DNA of 64,000 nt from Phaeosaccion multiseriatum (Eukaryota > Protista > Ochrophyta, other classes), in assembly GCA_965112735.1 (NCBI GenBank), contig OZ218952.1:3286001-3350000 (forward strand). Reading direction: 5' to 3'. Position numbers and translations under genes: made by a program. Shown in pieces: positions 1 to 9,993 of the stretch. Within the stretch, counting starts at the first letter, position 1. The number at the start of each line of letters is the position of its first letter. Below the pieces are notes generated by a model that had not been told where the DNA came from, did not search any database, and saw nothing but the letters and a program-made list of their open reading frames with translations.

Positions 1-3000
1 TCAGGAGCCGGGACAGAAAGGACAGAAAGGGCTTCTCGGTGACTTGCTGGCCTCCTTACCCTCCATCGGAGGGGGAACCACCACCGCCGCGCCAGCACGA
101 GGGGACCAAGGTAGAGGAAATGGTCATACCGCAGGGGGGGCGTGGATGTCAGTAGAGGAGGAGGCCGGCCCACATAGCGATGCTAAAAGAGGATCGAGTC
201 GTCCAAAAGAGGTGGAGTCTACTGCAACTGGCGACAACGCCGAACACCGAGGGGGGGGAGGAGGAGCAGGAGCAAGTCGAGACGTGGAAGCTGCTTTCGA
301 GGTAGTCGGAAGAGTCGGAGGGGGTGAAAGGTCGCCTGCCACACAACCCGGGGCCGCCTCAGAGGGGCTAACAGATAGGCTCACAGCTGGCAAGGCTGGA
401 GCCGGAGTCCAACAGGTGGACCAACTCCAACAGCAAGAGGCTGGTCGCGAGGAGGAGGGGACACTACAGGCGGAGTATGGCGGGCCTGGCCAGGACGTTG
501 TTGTGAGCCGGGTCATGCAGATGCTGGACCAGCGTGAGCAGTCCAAGAGGAGGGGGAGTCGCGCGGGTATGGAGAGTCACGTACGTAAGGCCAGTAGTGG
601 TGTACCTCCTGTGCACGTAGTCGCACCTGGGTTGAATGCTCCCAGTGGGATCGGCAACAACAACAGCAACAACGACAACAGCAGCAGCAGCAGCAGCAGC
701 AGTGGTAGCAGCAGTGGTTGCAGCCCCAGCACCAGCAGCGCCAGGCTTGTGGACGACGCTGTGTGCGCTCCCCCTCCCCCCCCCCCTCCCGTCGTCGTCG
801 TCGAGGCGGGTCGAGGGGTACCCGAAGGTGGAAGGGTCACTTCGCCAGGCCCCTCCTCATCCTCGTGCCGAAGAAGTAGCAACAACAAGAGCAGCAATGA
901 TAGCAGTGGCCTCCAGAGCAACAGCAGCGAAGGCACGGCCCTTCCCCGGCCCAAGTCCACGCCCACGCTCCTCGCTGGCGACGACTCGGTCGACGCGCAG
1001 CACCGCTACCAACACGAGCACCACCTGCAGCAGATGGGACGGAGGGGGAGGGTCTTGGGTGGGGGGGGGCTGGGTGATGCTGTGCAGAGGCAGTTGGTGA
1101 TACAGCAGCAGCAGTGGCGCCGAGCATCCTCTCCGAAAGCGGCGGAGGCGTACATGGCGCCGTGCCGAAGCACCTTAGACTCAAACTCGGTCTCCAGGAA
1201 GCACCCTACATCTAGCGGCAGCCTGGCGTCAGCTCCCATAGCAGCGCCAGCAGGAGGGTCAGCAGCAGAGGACGAGACATCTTCTCCTCCCAGCGCTACT
1301 CCTGTGCCTGCTTCAGAAACTGGTGCGGTGGCTCCATCAGCAGCTTCAACAGCAGCGCCAACAGGAGGGTCCGCAGCAGGCCGTTCCACGCTTTCTCCCA
1401 ATGCTACTCCTACACCCACTTCAGAAGCTGGAACGGCAGCTCCATCAACAGCTTCAACAGCAGCGCCAGCAAGACGGTCGGCAGCTGGGGACGGGGTACC
1501 TTCTCCCAATGCTACTCCTGAGCCATGCTCTGAAGACGCGACGGCGGCCCCTGCCGCCTCATCCGCAGCAGTTGGTCATACAATCCGCACTGGAGGAGAA
1601 GAAGGAGAAGGAGAAGGAGAAGGAGAAGGAGGAGGGCACGAGGAGGAGCGTTTCCGAGTCAACGGGCGGGAGGACGTGAAAACGCCCTACCACCCTGCCT
1701 CCCCTATCACTGGTGCTGCTCTTCTCACCACCCGCGTTGGCGCCGCTAAAGTCGAGGCGAGCCCCGCAGATGGCAGCAGAGGGCGACAAGGGCAGCAAAG
1801 AGAGCAGAGAAGAGGAGGTGTGCCGTATGAAGAGGGCAGTGATGGTAGCGTGGATGAGACCCAATCACAGGCAACACAGCCTGAGCAAGGGCAAGCAACC
1901 CAGTCCGAGCAGCCGGAGCCAAAGTCACACCCACACTTACACCCACACTCACAGTCACATGGGCAGAGGCAGGAGCAGTCATATGGGCAAGAGCAGGGGC
2001 ATGGAGACGCAGCAGTAGGAGGAGGGCAGAATGGCACTGGCGATGATGACGTCGCTGCCGAGCAAGAGCAGTCATACGGGCAGGGGCAAGCACAGTCATC
2101 AGCCAAGCCCGGGCAAGACGCCGAGTCATTCATGCGAGAGCATGAGGCAGCCGAGCTAGAGTTAGTCAAGCAACATGAGGCGGCCCAGCCTGAGGTCTAT
2201 GCTGAGGCTCAGGCAGACAAGCAGGAGAGTGAGGCAGCCGAGCAGGGGCCGGAGGGTGCGATAGTCAGGGATGAGACAGCCAATGAGGCAGCGAAGGAGG
2301 CAGCCACACCCAAGCCCGGGGGGGGACGAGGGGAGGACGAGTGCCCCTCTCCTCTGGGGAAAGGCCCTTCGAAGGGAGGAGAAGAGCGGGCCCGGGGGGG
2401 CGGCGGGTCGTCCCAAGGGGGCGGGCGGCGACGCAAGTCCCTCATGGAAATGTTCCGCGGGGCTGGCAGCGGCGGTGTGGAGGTGGATGACAGCCCCCGT
2501 CAACGGAGGGCCTCTCTCTCCTTGCCCTCCCAACCCCCCTCACTCTCGGCCATTCCATTGGCCGTTCCGTCGATCATTCCGTCATTCGTTCCGTCGGTGG
2601 CTCCGAGAGGAGAGAGGAAAGCATCTTTTCCTTCGGCAGTATCGACGGAGGGGCAAGGATCAGGGGCCGACCTTCCCTCCCCTCCTCCGCCGTCCTTGCT
2701 GTCTCCTCTGTCGTTCCTTAAGAGGAGGAACAAGGTGGCGGTGGATAACCAGCCCCGCCATCGGAGAAGGTCCCAGGGGGGATCCCCTCCCCCGTCGCCC
2801 TGGGCTTCAGCGGCAGCGTCTCGCGCAATTGCTCCTCCCGTCGAAGCATCAGAGGATGTCGCAGCAGCCACTGGTGATACAGCACCAGGAGCACCAGGCG
2901 CACCAGCAGCACCAGGAGCAGCGGCACCGGCAACAGCAGCAGGGAGAGAAGAAAAGGAGGGAGCAGCAGGAGGAGAAGTATCAATCTCTTCGGGTCAGAC

Positions 3001-6000
3001 AGAAGCTGCGACAGTGGTGATCTCACCAGCTGCCCACGTGAGAAGTAAAGTGCCCTCAGTCTTACAGCCAGCAACAGCAGCATCGTCGGTAGAGACTATA
3101 TCACGCGCAGTCGCGCCACCGGAGGCAGCAGCAAGAGAAGAAGCAGCAGCAGCAGCAGCAGCAGCAGCAGGGAAAGTGGCGCCCCTGACCGCTGCAGCAG
3201 ATGGTGGTACGGCAGTAGTGGGTGATACAGCAGCAGGAGGAGAAGGGGCAGTTGGTGATACAGCAGCAGTGGGAGAAGGGGAAGTTGGTGATACAGCAGC
3301 AGTGGGAGAAGGGGAAGTTGATGATACAGCAGCAGCGGGAGAAGGGAAAGGGGGTGAGACAGCAGCAGTGGGAGAAGGAGAAGTTGGTGATACAGCAGCA
3401 GTGGGAGAAGGGAAAGGGGGTGATACACAAGCAGTGGGAGAAGGGAAAGTTGGTGATACAGCAGCAGTGGGAGAAGGGGAAGTTGATGATACAGCAGCAG
3501 CGGGAGAAGGGAAAGGGGGTGAGACAGCAGCAGTGGGAGGAGAAGTTGGTGATACAGCAGCAGTGGGAGAAGGGGAAGTTGGTGATACACAAGCAGTGGG
3601 AGAAGGAGCAGGTTGTGATACAGCAGCAGTGGCAAGAGCGGGAGTTGGTGATACAGCAGCAGTGGGAGAAGGGGAAGTTGGTGATACAGCAGCAGTGCGA
3701 GAAGGAGCAGTTGGTGAAACAGCAGCAGTGAGAGGAGGAGCAGTTTGTGATGCAGTAGCAGTGGGAAGAGCGGGAGTTGGTGATACAGCAGCAGTGGGAG
3801 AAGGAGGGAGTGTCAGAGCTGCAGCGGCAAGCACGACTGGTGGGGAAAACGACAACCCAGGAGCAGCGGCAGCAGGGGCAGTTGGGGATAAACCAGCAGT
3901 CATTTGTGATACAGAAGCAGCAGGTCATGGAGGAGAAGAAAGAGGCCGCCCGTCGTCGTCGGATGTGGTTGGGGAAGAGGCATCCCCTCCGCCTGACAGT
4001 GCGAAGCAAAGCGAGCAGAACGGTGATCCAACTGGGCCCACGAGTGACCCAACTACGACCATGAGTGACCCAACCACGACCATGAGTGACCCAACCACGA
4101 CCACAAGTGACCCAGCCACGACCACGAGCAAAGCGTTCGACGGTAAGAGTACCACGTACGTCCCCGTCGGCTTGGAATCTGCATCAGAAGGAGGAGGAAG
4201 AGGAGGAGGAGGACCAGGAGGAGCCATGCCCGGCGACAACGACTCGGAAACCTCGACCCCAACCCAGCCACAGCAGTTGGTAATGCAGACCCACCCGCTG
4301 CCGCCATCTGACTACGTGTGCTCACTTATCGACGCAACGATTCGTCTCGGGGAGGAGGAGCACAGGCACGGACACCCAGCTACGACCACCACTAGGAGAA
4401 GTAGCACCACCGGTAGAAGAAGAAGCAGCAGGAGCGGGAGCGGGACGGAGGAGGTAGGCAGACTCGCCACTTCGAAGGGCGATGGTCTAGAGATGGTAGG
4501 GGCCGCTATCGAGGCAGAGGACGTAGAGGATGTTGAGGCAGAGGCAGAGACAGAGATGGAGGCCGAGGAGGCCGAGGAAGTGTACGCGATGAGAGTGAAG
4601 GCGCAAATCATGGTGATGCAGCAGGCAAGGCGCTGCTCCTCCTCGGGAGGGACAGGGGGACAGGGACAGATAGAGGTGTATGGGGAGAGAGAGAGTCAAG
4701 CGGCACGTGCGACGAATGAGAAGAGAGAGCGGCAGCCGCAGCAAGGGGCGGGGCAGAAGGGTAGGGGGAGCGGAGCACCCCACACAAACCCCACGACGGA
4801 CCCTACTCACTCCCTCAAGGGCAGCACTCAGTCTCACTCGACTCACTCACCTCTGACCTTCGGGAAGCTCTCTCCGGCGCTTCTGCGGAGGCTACTATCA
4901 TCGGCTGCGTCTGACGCGGAGGAGTTCGCCAGTGGGCGGCCACTCAAGTCACTGAAGGACGAGACGGACGGAAGGGCACAGGGACAGCAAGCTCAATCGG
5001 AGGCTGCTTCTACCAACGCCACTCGGAAACCCTCCTTCTCCTCCTCCTCATCCTCGTCCAACACGGCCGAGAAGCAGGATGGAGATACACTCTCCGTGGG
5101 AGGGAGCCATAGCAACAGCATCAGCAGTAGTAGCAGCAGCAGCTCCGCCGTAGCAGCCCTCCTCGCCCCGATGGTGAGCGAGTCTGAGAAGGATGGTGCT
5201 GTTGCTGGTGTTGGTAACAGCGTTGATGCCAAAACTGATAGTGCGGCTGGTAGTGCGGTTGGTGCCCTGCCGGCGAGAGAGAAGGCGGGGGCTCGTCAAG
5301 AGGAGAAGCAAGCCCTGCAAGGCGGCCAGCAAGCTCAGCAAGGAGAACAACAAGTGGAAGAAGAGGCCCAGCGCAACAAGCCCGACTCGGAATCCCTCTC
5401 GGCAATTATGTCAGTGAAGGAGGAGGAGCGCCTGGAGGAGGTGCGGAGGACACTGCGGGGGCTTGAGGACCCCCCGGGAGAGGATGAGTTGGAGGCCGAG
5501 GTGGCACTTGTCCGGCGGCAGCTCAGGACGGTTACGAGCAGTGTCACGGCCATGGTCATGGCTACTGTACCACCACTGGCTGCCATTGGAGGTGCTGCGG
5601 CTGCTGTACCGCCAACTGCTGCTGATGGAGGCGGTGCCGTTGACAAGGAGACCAGCGACGGAGGCACTGGCGGAGAGCTCCAAGTACAAGGGCAAGGCCA
5701 ACCACAGCAGATACAGCAGCAGCAGCAGCAGCAGTCATCGCTGGTATTGGACTCCGTGTCCGAGTGCCAGGATGGGGATTCGAATCACCTCAGCGGCTGT
5801 ACCACCCATGACGACCGCGCTGGCCAGTGTGCCCCACTCTCGGCGCTGAGGGCGGTGAGCCGGCTGCTGCTACTCGAAAAGCCGAGGGACCCAAGAGGGG
5901 AGCCCCCAGGGGGGGCAGAGGCAACAAACGAGCCCCTAGTGGACGAGCTGAGGCTCTTGTCCCGACCCCAGGTAGGGCGTCTCCTCCTCCAAGGGGCAGC

Positions 6001-8872
6001 AGCGGCGGCGGAGGCGGCTGTCGCTCCTCGACTCGGCCCGGACGCTTCAGTAGAGGAGGGGAAGGAAACGAAGGACGAGAGGAAGGACGAGAAGGAGAAG
6101 GAGGAGGAAGAAGCGGCGCTGACGGTTGCTGTGAGGAAGACCCGAGGGGGCGGTGGGGCGGCTGCGGCAGGGGCGAGGATGGCCGCGGACGGGGCTCGCG
6201 CTCTTCTAACACCCAAGGAGCGCGAGCCGTGGCCGACGGCGGAGGAGGTGGAGACAGAGGTGCGCGTGCTGCAACGCCTCGTGGAAGGTCTCTGCTCCGA
6301 CGGTGGCAGCGGCGGCGGCGGCGGAGGAGGAGGAGGACGAGGAGGAGAGACCGCTTCGGTCTCTGACGATCCGAATGAGACTCAGAAAGACAAGGAGAAG
6401 GAGACCTCCGACAAAGATTTCCGTCCTGGTGCTCTGTGCGGCGCTGTGGGGAGACTCCTTGTATCCGCGGGAGGGGGCACGCCGGGGCAGCAGCAGGATG
6501 CATTCCCCTCCGGGGGAGAGAAAGAGGACTCTCCTTCGTCCCGAGGAGCCGGTGTTGCGCTCCTGGCCCGGGCTCTCTCTGCCTTGATCGATGAGGCGGA
6601 GGCCGCTCTGCTGCTCTTCGACATGGACAAGAAGCGCATACTGGCCATGCCTGATTCGACAGTTTCGGCAGTTTCGAGCGTTTCGAGGAGCGACACTTCT
6701 GGACAGAGGCAGGGGGGGGAGCTAGAGGAGCGGCAGCAGGGTCCTCAGGGAGCAGTGGCGGCCCTGAGGGCGCAGGCGCTAACGGCCCAGAGGAGGCATC
6801 AGGAGCTCGCGCTGCAGGAGGTGCTGTTACAGGAGGGGCGCTTGTCACAGCAGCAGCAGTTGGTGATACAGCAGGGGCAGCGGAGCAGGGGTAGGAACGA
6901 GAACGGGCAGGCCCTGGAGGGGCCTATTTTGCCTTTGACTACTGATGCGCATGAGCCGCCGCTGCTTCGGTATGACCAACTGGTGCAGGACGACATACGG
7001 ACGCTGTTCGAGAGCATCTCATCCTCCGTCAGCGCGGCGATGGAAGCCAATGTCAATGCACGACGCCTCCTCGTCCCTGCGATAACATCACTCCACCGTC
7101 CTCCTCTTTGTCTTGCGACTCCAGCCTTGGCTGTGACCGAGGTTGTCGCCTCATCAGAGCGGATACAGGATGAAGAGAGTATCGGTCAAGTAGCAGCGAC
7201 GTCACAAGCCGTATCCACCCCGACCAGCGTCACCGCGACTGCAAATACATCCACAGAGGCTGGAAAGGAAGAGGACAAGGTAGAGCACAAAAGACCACCG
7301 GCGATCCGTATTGACCAACGGGCGGCAGCAGGAGGTAGCAGCGGCGGTGGCAGGAGCGGCAGCGGTGAGCCCTCCATCGCATCGCCTTTGGCCAGGGACA
7401 GACAAGTGAAGTTCGAGAGCGAGCTGGAGGAGCTGCTGGAGGAGGAGAGGGTGAGGCAGAGGGAGAAGAGGGGCATCGACAGCACCACCGCCACCCCGGA
7501 GGATGAAGCCGCCATCGAGAGGTCGCTCAGCGCCATCCGCACCCGCTACCGCAGAGGCGAGGAGGCGCGCGAGAAGCAGCTGGCCAGGGAGAAGGAGCGC
7601 ATCCTGCTACTTGACCCGTCCATCAGCGACGAGGGGCTGCAGCAGCAGCTTGAGGCACTGAGTCTGAGGCTGCGCATCTCCCCGGGCAAGGGAGGAGGGG
7701 GGAGGAGGTCATCGCTCTCGCTGTCTCCCGATGGACGCCTCAAGGTACAGGAGGGAGTGGCCGCGGGCAGGCGGCGCCGCTTCTCGGTGTCGGTCTCTCC
7801 CACCGCGGCTGCGGCAGCTGCGGCGGCTGCTAATGCTACTGCGGGAGCGACGGACACCAGCAGGGCTGGTCGGCACTTCTTTGGAGCTTCACAGGAGCAG
7901 CAGAGTCTAGCCGCGGTGGGAGGGGGTGGGCAACGGGTGAGCGAATCTGCTCTGACAGTGGAGGAAGCAGGGGCACCAGCGCGGATGCAATTACAGGCGA
8001 GGCGTGAGGCAGAAAGGGAAGAAGTGGCAGGAGAAGCAGCAGCAGGGCATGAAGAAGAGAAAGGAGCCGCTGACGTCGCGATGGTTTCAAAGGCATTGAT
8101 CGGGGCCAGCAGGGGAGGGGAGTTGAGCGGTACACTTGCATCTACGGAGGCAACGGAAAGGCGAGGAGAGGAGCATGAGTCAGCATCGCCAGAGGCAGCG
8201 GAAAGGCCTGGAGAGCGGAAGGCAGAGGCGTTGCGACCCCCGACGATCATCGTTGATCAACGGGCGACAGCAGGAGGTGGCAGCGGCGGTGGCAGGAGCG
8301 GCAGCGGTGAGCCCTCCATCGCATCGCCTTTGGCCAAGGACAGACAAGTGAAGTTCGAGAGCGAGCTGGAGGAGCTGCTGGAGGAGGAGAGGGTGAGGCA
8401 GAGGGAGAAGAGGGGCATCGACAGCACCACCGCCACCCCGGAGGATGAAGCCGCCATCGAGAGGTCGCTCAGCGCCATCCGCACCCGCTACCGCAGAGGC
8501 GAGGAGGCGCGCGAGAAGCAGCTGGCCAGGGAGAAGGAGCGCATCCTGCTACTTGACCCGTCCATCAGCGACGAGGGGCTGCAGCAGCAGCTTGAGGCAC
8601 TGAGTCTGAGGCTGCGCATCTCCCCGGGCAAGGGAGGAGGGGGGAGGAGGTCATCGCTCTCGCTGTCTCCCGATGGACGCCTCAAGGTACAGGAGGGAGT
8701 GGCCGCGGGCAGGCGGCGCCGCTTCTCGGTGTCGGTCTCTCCCACCGCGGCTGCGGCAGCTGCGGCGGCTGCTTCTGCTACTGCTACTTCTCCTACTAGT
8801 GGTACAGCAGCTCCTGCTACAGCTTCCGGCGGCGCTGGTCGGCACTTCTTTGGATCTCCAGACGGAGGTTAA
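1..8872 (+). CDS. Very large low-complexity (A/G/E/Q/S-rich), probably mostly disordered protein; 3' part or terminal exon, frame open from the window start
   Basis: The frame is open from position 2 to TAA at 8870-8872 (>2,950 codons). It contains an 11-aa tandem repeat (GEGEVGDTAAV), short DPTTT repeats and a duplicated charged/coiled-coil block (FESELEELLEEERVRQREKRG...). No recognisable globular domain. Confidence 0.6.
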   Translation, partial: QEPGQKGQKGLLGDLLASLPSIGGGTTTAAPARGDQGRGNGHTAGGAWMSVEEEAGPHSDAKRGSSRPKEVESTATGDNAEHRGGGGGAGASRDVEAAFEVVGRVGGGERSPATQPGAASEGLTDRLTAGKAGAGVQQVDQLQQQEAGREEEGTLQAEYGGPGQDVVVSRVMQMLDQREQSKRRGSRAGMESHVRKASSGVPPVHVVAPGLNAPSGIGNNNSNNDNSSSSSSSSGSSSGCSPSTSSARLVDDAVCAPPPPPPPVVVVEAGRGVPEGGRVTSPGPSSSSCRRSSNNKSSNDSSGLQSNSSEGTALPRPKSTPTLLAGDDSVDAQHRYQHEHHLQQMGRRGRVLGGGGLGDAVQRQLVIQQQQWRRASSPKAAEAYMAPCRSTLDSNSVSRKHPTSSGSLASAPIAAPAGGSAAEDETSSPPSATPVPASETGAVAPSAASTAAPTGGSAAGRSTLSPNATPTPTSEAGTAAPSTASTAAPARRSAAGDGVPSPNATPEPCSEDATAAPAASSAAVGHTIRTGGEEGEGEGEGEGGGHEEERFRVNGREDVKTPYHPASPITGAALLTTRVGAAKVEASPADGSRGRQGQQREQRRGGVPYEEGSDGSVDETQSQATQPEQGQATQSEQPEPKSHPHLHPHSQSHGQRQEQSYGQEQGHGDAAVGGGQNGTGDDDVAAEQEQSYGQGQAQSSAKPGQDAESFMREHEAAELELVKQHEAAQPEVYAEAQADKQESEAAEQGPEGAIVRDETANEAAKEAATPKPGGGRGEDECPSPLGKGPSKGGEERARGGGGSSQGGGRRRKSLMEMFRGAGSGGVEVDDSPRQRRASLSLPSQPPSLSAIPLAVPSIIPSFVPSVAPRGERKASFPSAVSTEGQGSGADLPSPPPPSLLSPLSFLKRRNKVAVDNQPRHRRRSQGGSPPPSPWASAAASRAIAPPVEASEDVAAATGDTAPGAPGAPAAPGAAAPATAAGREEKEGAAGGEVSISSGQTEAATVVISPAAHVRSKVPSVLQPATAASSVETISRAVAPPEAAAREEAAAAAAAAAGKVAPLTAAADGGTAVVGDTAAGGEGAVGDTAAVGEGEVGDTAAVGEGEVDDTAAAGEGKGGETAAVGEGEVGDTAAVGEGKGGDTQAVGEGKVGDTAAVGEGEVDDTAAAGEGKGGETAAVGGEVGDTAAVGEGEVGDTQAVGEGAGCDTAAVARAGVGDTAAVGEGEVGDTAAVREGAVGETAAVRGGAVCDAVAVGRAGVGDTAAVGEGGSVRAAAASTTGGENDNPGAAAAGAVGDKPAVICDTEAAGHGGEERGRPSSSDVVGEEASPPPDSAKQSEQNGDPTGPTSDPTTTMSDPTTTMSDPTTTTSDPATTTSKAFDGKSTTYVPVGLESASEGGGRGGGGPGGAMPGDNDSETSTPTQPQQLVMQTHPLPPSDYVCSLIDATIRLGEEEHRHGHPATTTTRRSSTTGRRRSSRSGSGTEEVGRLATSKGDGLEMVGAAIEAEDVEDVEAEAETEMEAEEAEEVYAMRVKAQIMVMQQARRCSSSGGTGGQGQIEVYGERESQAARATNEKRERQPQQGAGQKGRGSGAPHTNPTTDPTHSLKGSTQSHSTHSPLTFGKLSPALLRRLLSSAASDAEEFASGRPLKSLKDETDGRAQGQQAQSEAASTNATRKPSFSSSSSSSNTAEKQDGDTLSVGGSHSNSISSSSSSSSAVAALLAPMVSESEKDGAVAGVGNSVDAKTDSAAGSAVGALPAREKAGARQEEKQALQGGQQAQQGEQQVEEEAQRNKPDSESLSAIMSVKEEERLEEVRRTLRGLEDPPGEDELEAEVALVRRQLRTVTSSVTAMVMATVPPLAAIGGAAAAVPPTAADGGGAVDKETSDGGTGGELQVQGQGQPQQIQQQQQQQSSLVLDSVSECQDGDSNHLSGCTTHDDRAGQCAPLSALRAVSRLLLLEKPRDPRGEPPGGAEATNEPLVDELRLLSRPQVGRLLLQGAAAAAEAAVAPRLGPDASVEEGKETKDERKDEKEKEEEEAALTVAVRKTRGGGGAAAAGARMAADGARALLTPKEREPWPTAEEVETEVRVLQRLVEGLCSDGGSGGGGGGGGGRGGETASVSDDPNETQKDKEKETSDKDFRPGALCGAVGRLLVSAGGGTPGQQQDAFPSGGEKEDSPSSRGAGVALLARALSALIDEAEAALLLFDMDKKRILAMPDSTVSAVSSVSRSDTSGQRQGGELEERQQGPQGAVAALRAQALTAQRRHQELALQEVLLQEGRLSQQQQLVIQQGQRSRGRNENGQALEGPILPLTTDAHEPPLLRYDQLVQDDIRTLFESISSSVSAAMEANVNARRLLVPAITSLHRPPLCLATPALAVTEVVASSERIQDEESIGQVAATSQAVSTPTSVTATANTSTEAGKEEDKVEHKRPPAIRIDQRAAAGGSSGGGRSGSGEPSIASPLARDRQVKFESELEELLEEERVRQREKRGIDSTTATPEDEAAIERSLSAIRTRYRRGEEAREKQLAREKERILLLDPSISDEGLQQQLEALSLRLRISPGKGGGGRRSSLSLSPDGRLKVQEGVAAGRRRRFSVSVSPTAAAAAAAAANATAGATDTSRAGRHFFGASQEQQSLAAVGGGGQRVSESALTVEEAGAPARMQLQARREAEREEVAGEAAAGHEEEKGAADVAMVSKALIGASRGGELSGTLASTEATERRGEEHESASPEAAERPGERKAEALRPPTIIVDQRATAGGGSGGGRSGSGEPSIASPLAKDRQVKFESELEELLEEERVRQREKRGIDSTTATPEDEAAIERSLSAIRTRYRRGEEAREKQLAREKERILLLDPSISDEGLQQQLEALSLRLRISPGKGGGGRRSSLSLSPDGRLKVQEGVAAGRRRRFSVSVSPTAAAAAAAAASATATSPTSGTAAPATASGGAGRHFFGSPDGG
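3215..3805 (+). repeat. Coding minisatellite, ~33-bp unit (gtgggagaaggggaagttggtgatacagcagca), about 17 copies
   Basis: Directly visible tandem units encoding (V/A)GEG(E/K)(V/G)GDTAA. Confidence 0.9.
7341..8773 (+). repeat. Internal direct duplication in ORF1 (7341-7831 vs 8283-8773, offset 942 bp)
   Basis: The ~490-bp blocks match by eye except gccaggg/gccaagg (R/K); flanking sequences are similar but diverged. Confidence 0.9.
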
Positions 8873-9993
8873 GCTGGCGCTGTTGCAGGGAATAGAGCAG
8901 AGAGAGGCGAGCACCTCCAATGACCACGGAAAGAAAGCCTGAGCCCCTGGCCCACGGAAGCAATCTCGTCAACTTCCTTCCACTTTGCCTTTCACCTTGG
9001 CTCCGTAGCTGATGGTGAGATGGAGGGAGGGAGAGGGAGGAGGAGTAAGGTTGGGGCAAACCATTTATTCATAGTACTATAGTATCATGAATAGAAGAGG
9101 GGGCGGGACTGGTCCTTCAAGTAGGCGCCAGGCCGTGCCTCTCCTCTTGTCTGGTCCCGAGACACAGGCAACATGGAAGTACATACACCACACACGATAG
9201 GAGAGTAAGGCGTTTGCTGGGGCTCCCGTGGCATTCTCGTGAAGCGCAATATATCACGATATATAAAACATTATGACCCAAGACAAGTATCGCGTTGGCG
9301 CGCATTCAGCCATATGTCTGTCGCTGCTTGCCTCGCTCAGCCAGAACAGCCATGTCTGCCGCTTGCTCCGCTCAGCCACAGACTCGCTGACCTGTATACC
9401 ACCTCCTCGACTCGCTCCGCCCCCGCCGCCTCGCTCTTCCCGACTCCTTGCAGCAGGTGAAACAGCTTCTCCTCTTCCCCTCTTCCCCAGGTGAGACAGC
9501 TTTCTCCTCTCCCCCTCTTCCCCTCTTGCGTGCGAAGCGACACAAGCTTGCACGCCCCCCCTTCCTCCGCCGCGTCCCACTTGGCACGGCCTGACGACAG
9601 GCGAGCGACAGGCAGGCGAGTCTCCTTGGCGGGTATCGCTCCCTTGTTCGTCAAGGCGGCCCTGGCACGCTGCTGGCTCCTACTACGCTACGCTACCAAG
9701 ACGAATGGCCTGACCTTGGTTCTCGGACTCTTAACATAGAACGCCTGCAAGCGAATGGGGACAGAGCCTCTCGGGCGGCAGAGGCATTACCGCGGAGGCC
9801 TCCGGAAAATCTGACGCCTTCATTTTGTTCCCCAGGGGGGCACCCCCCAAGCACAAGGCCTAAGCGCTGAGCTTGGAAGTCCCTCCTACACCTGGCGAAG
9901 CAAAGCCACAGTGCAGGCACACCTGCCGCAGTACCTGAAACGCCGGGACACTTTGACCCTGCCGCAGAGCTCTTGCATCACCTTCACGCCCAC

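Noticed and set aside
124-8745. Many antisense and alternative-frame ORFs (poly-Leu, poly-Cys, IQQQWEKGK repeats)
   Set aside because: Shadows of GC-rich repetitive coding sequence with no independent features.
9150-9865. Possible small + strand spliced gene or extra exons (e.g. ~9601-9862 open frame)
   Set aside because: Splice-like sites exist, but I could not build a convincing start or recognise any homology.
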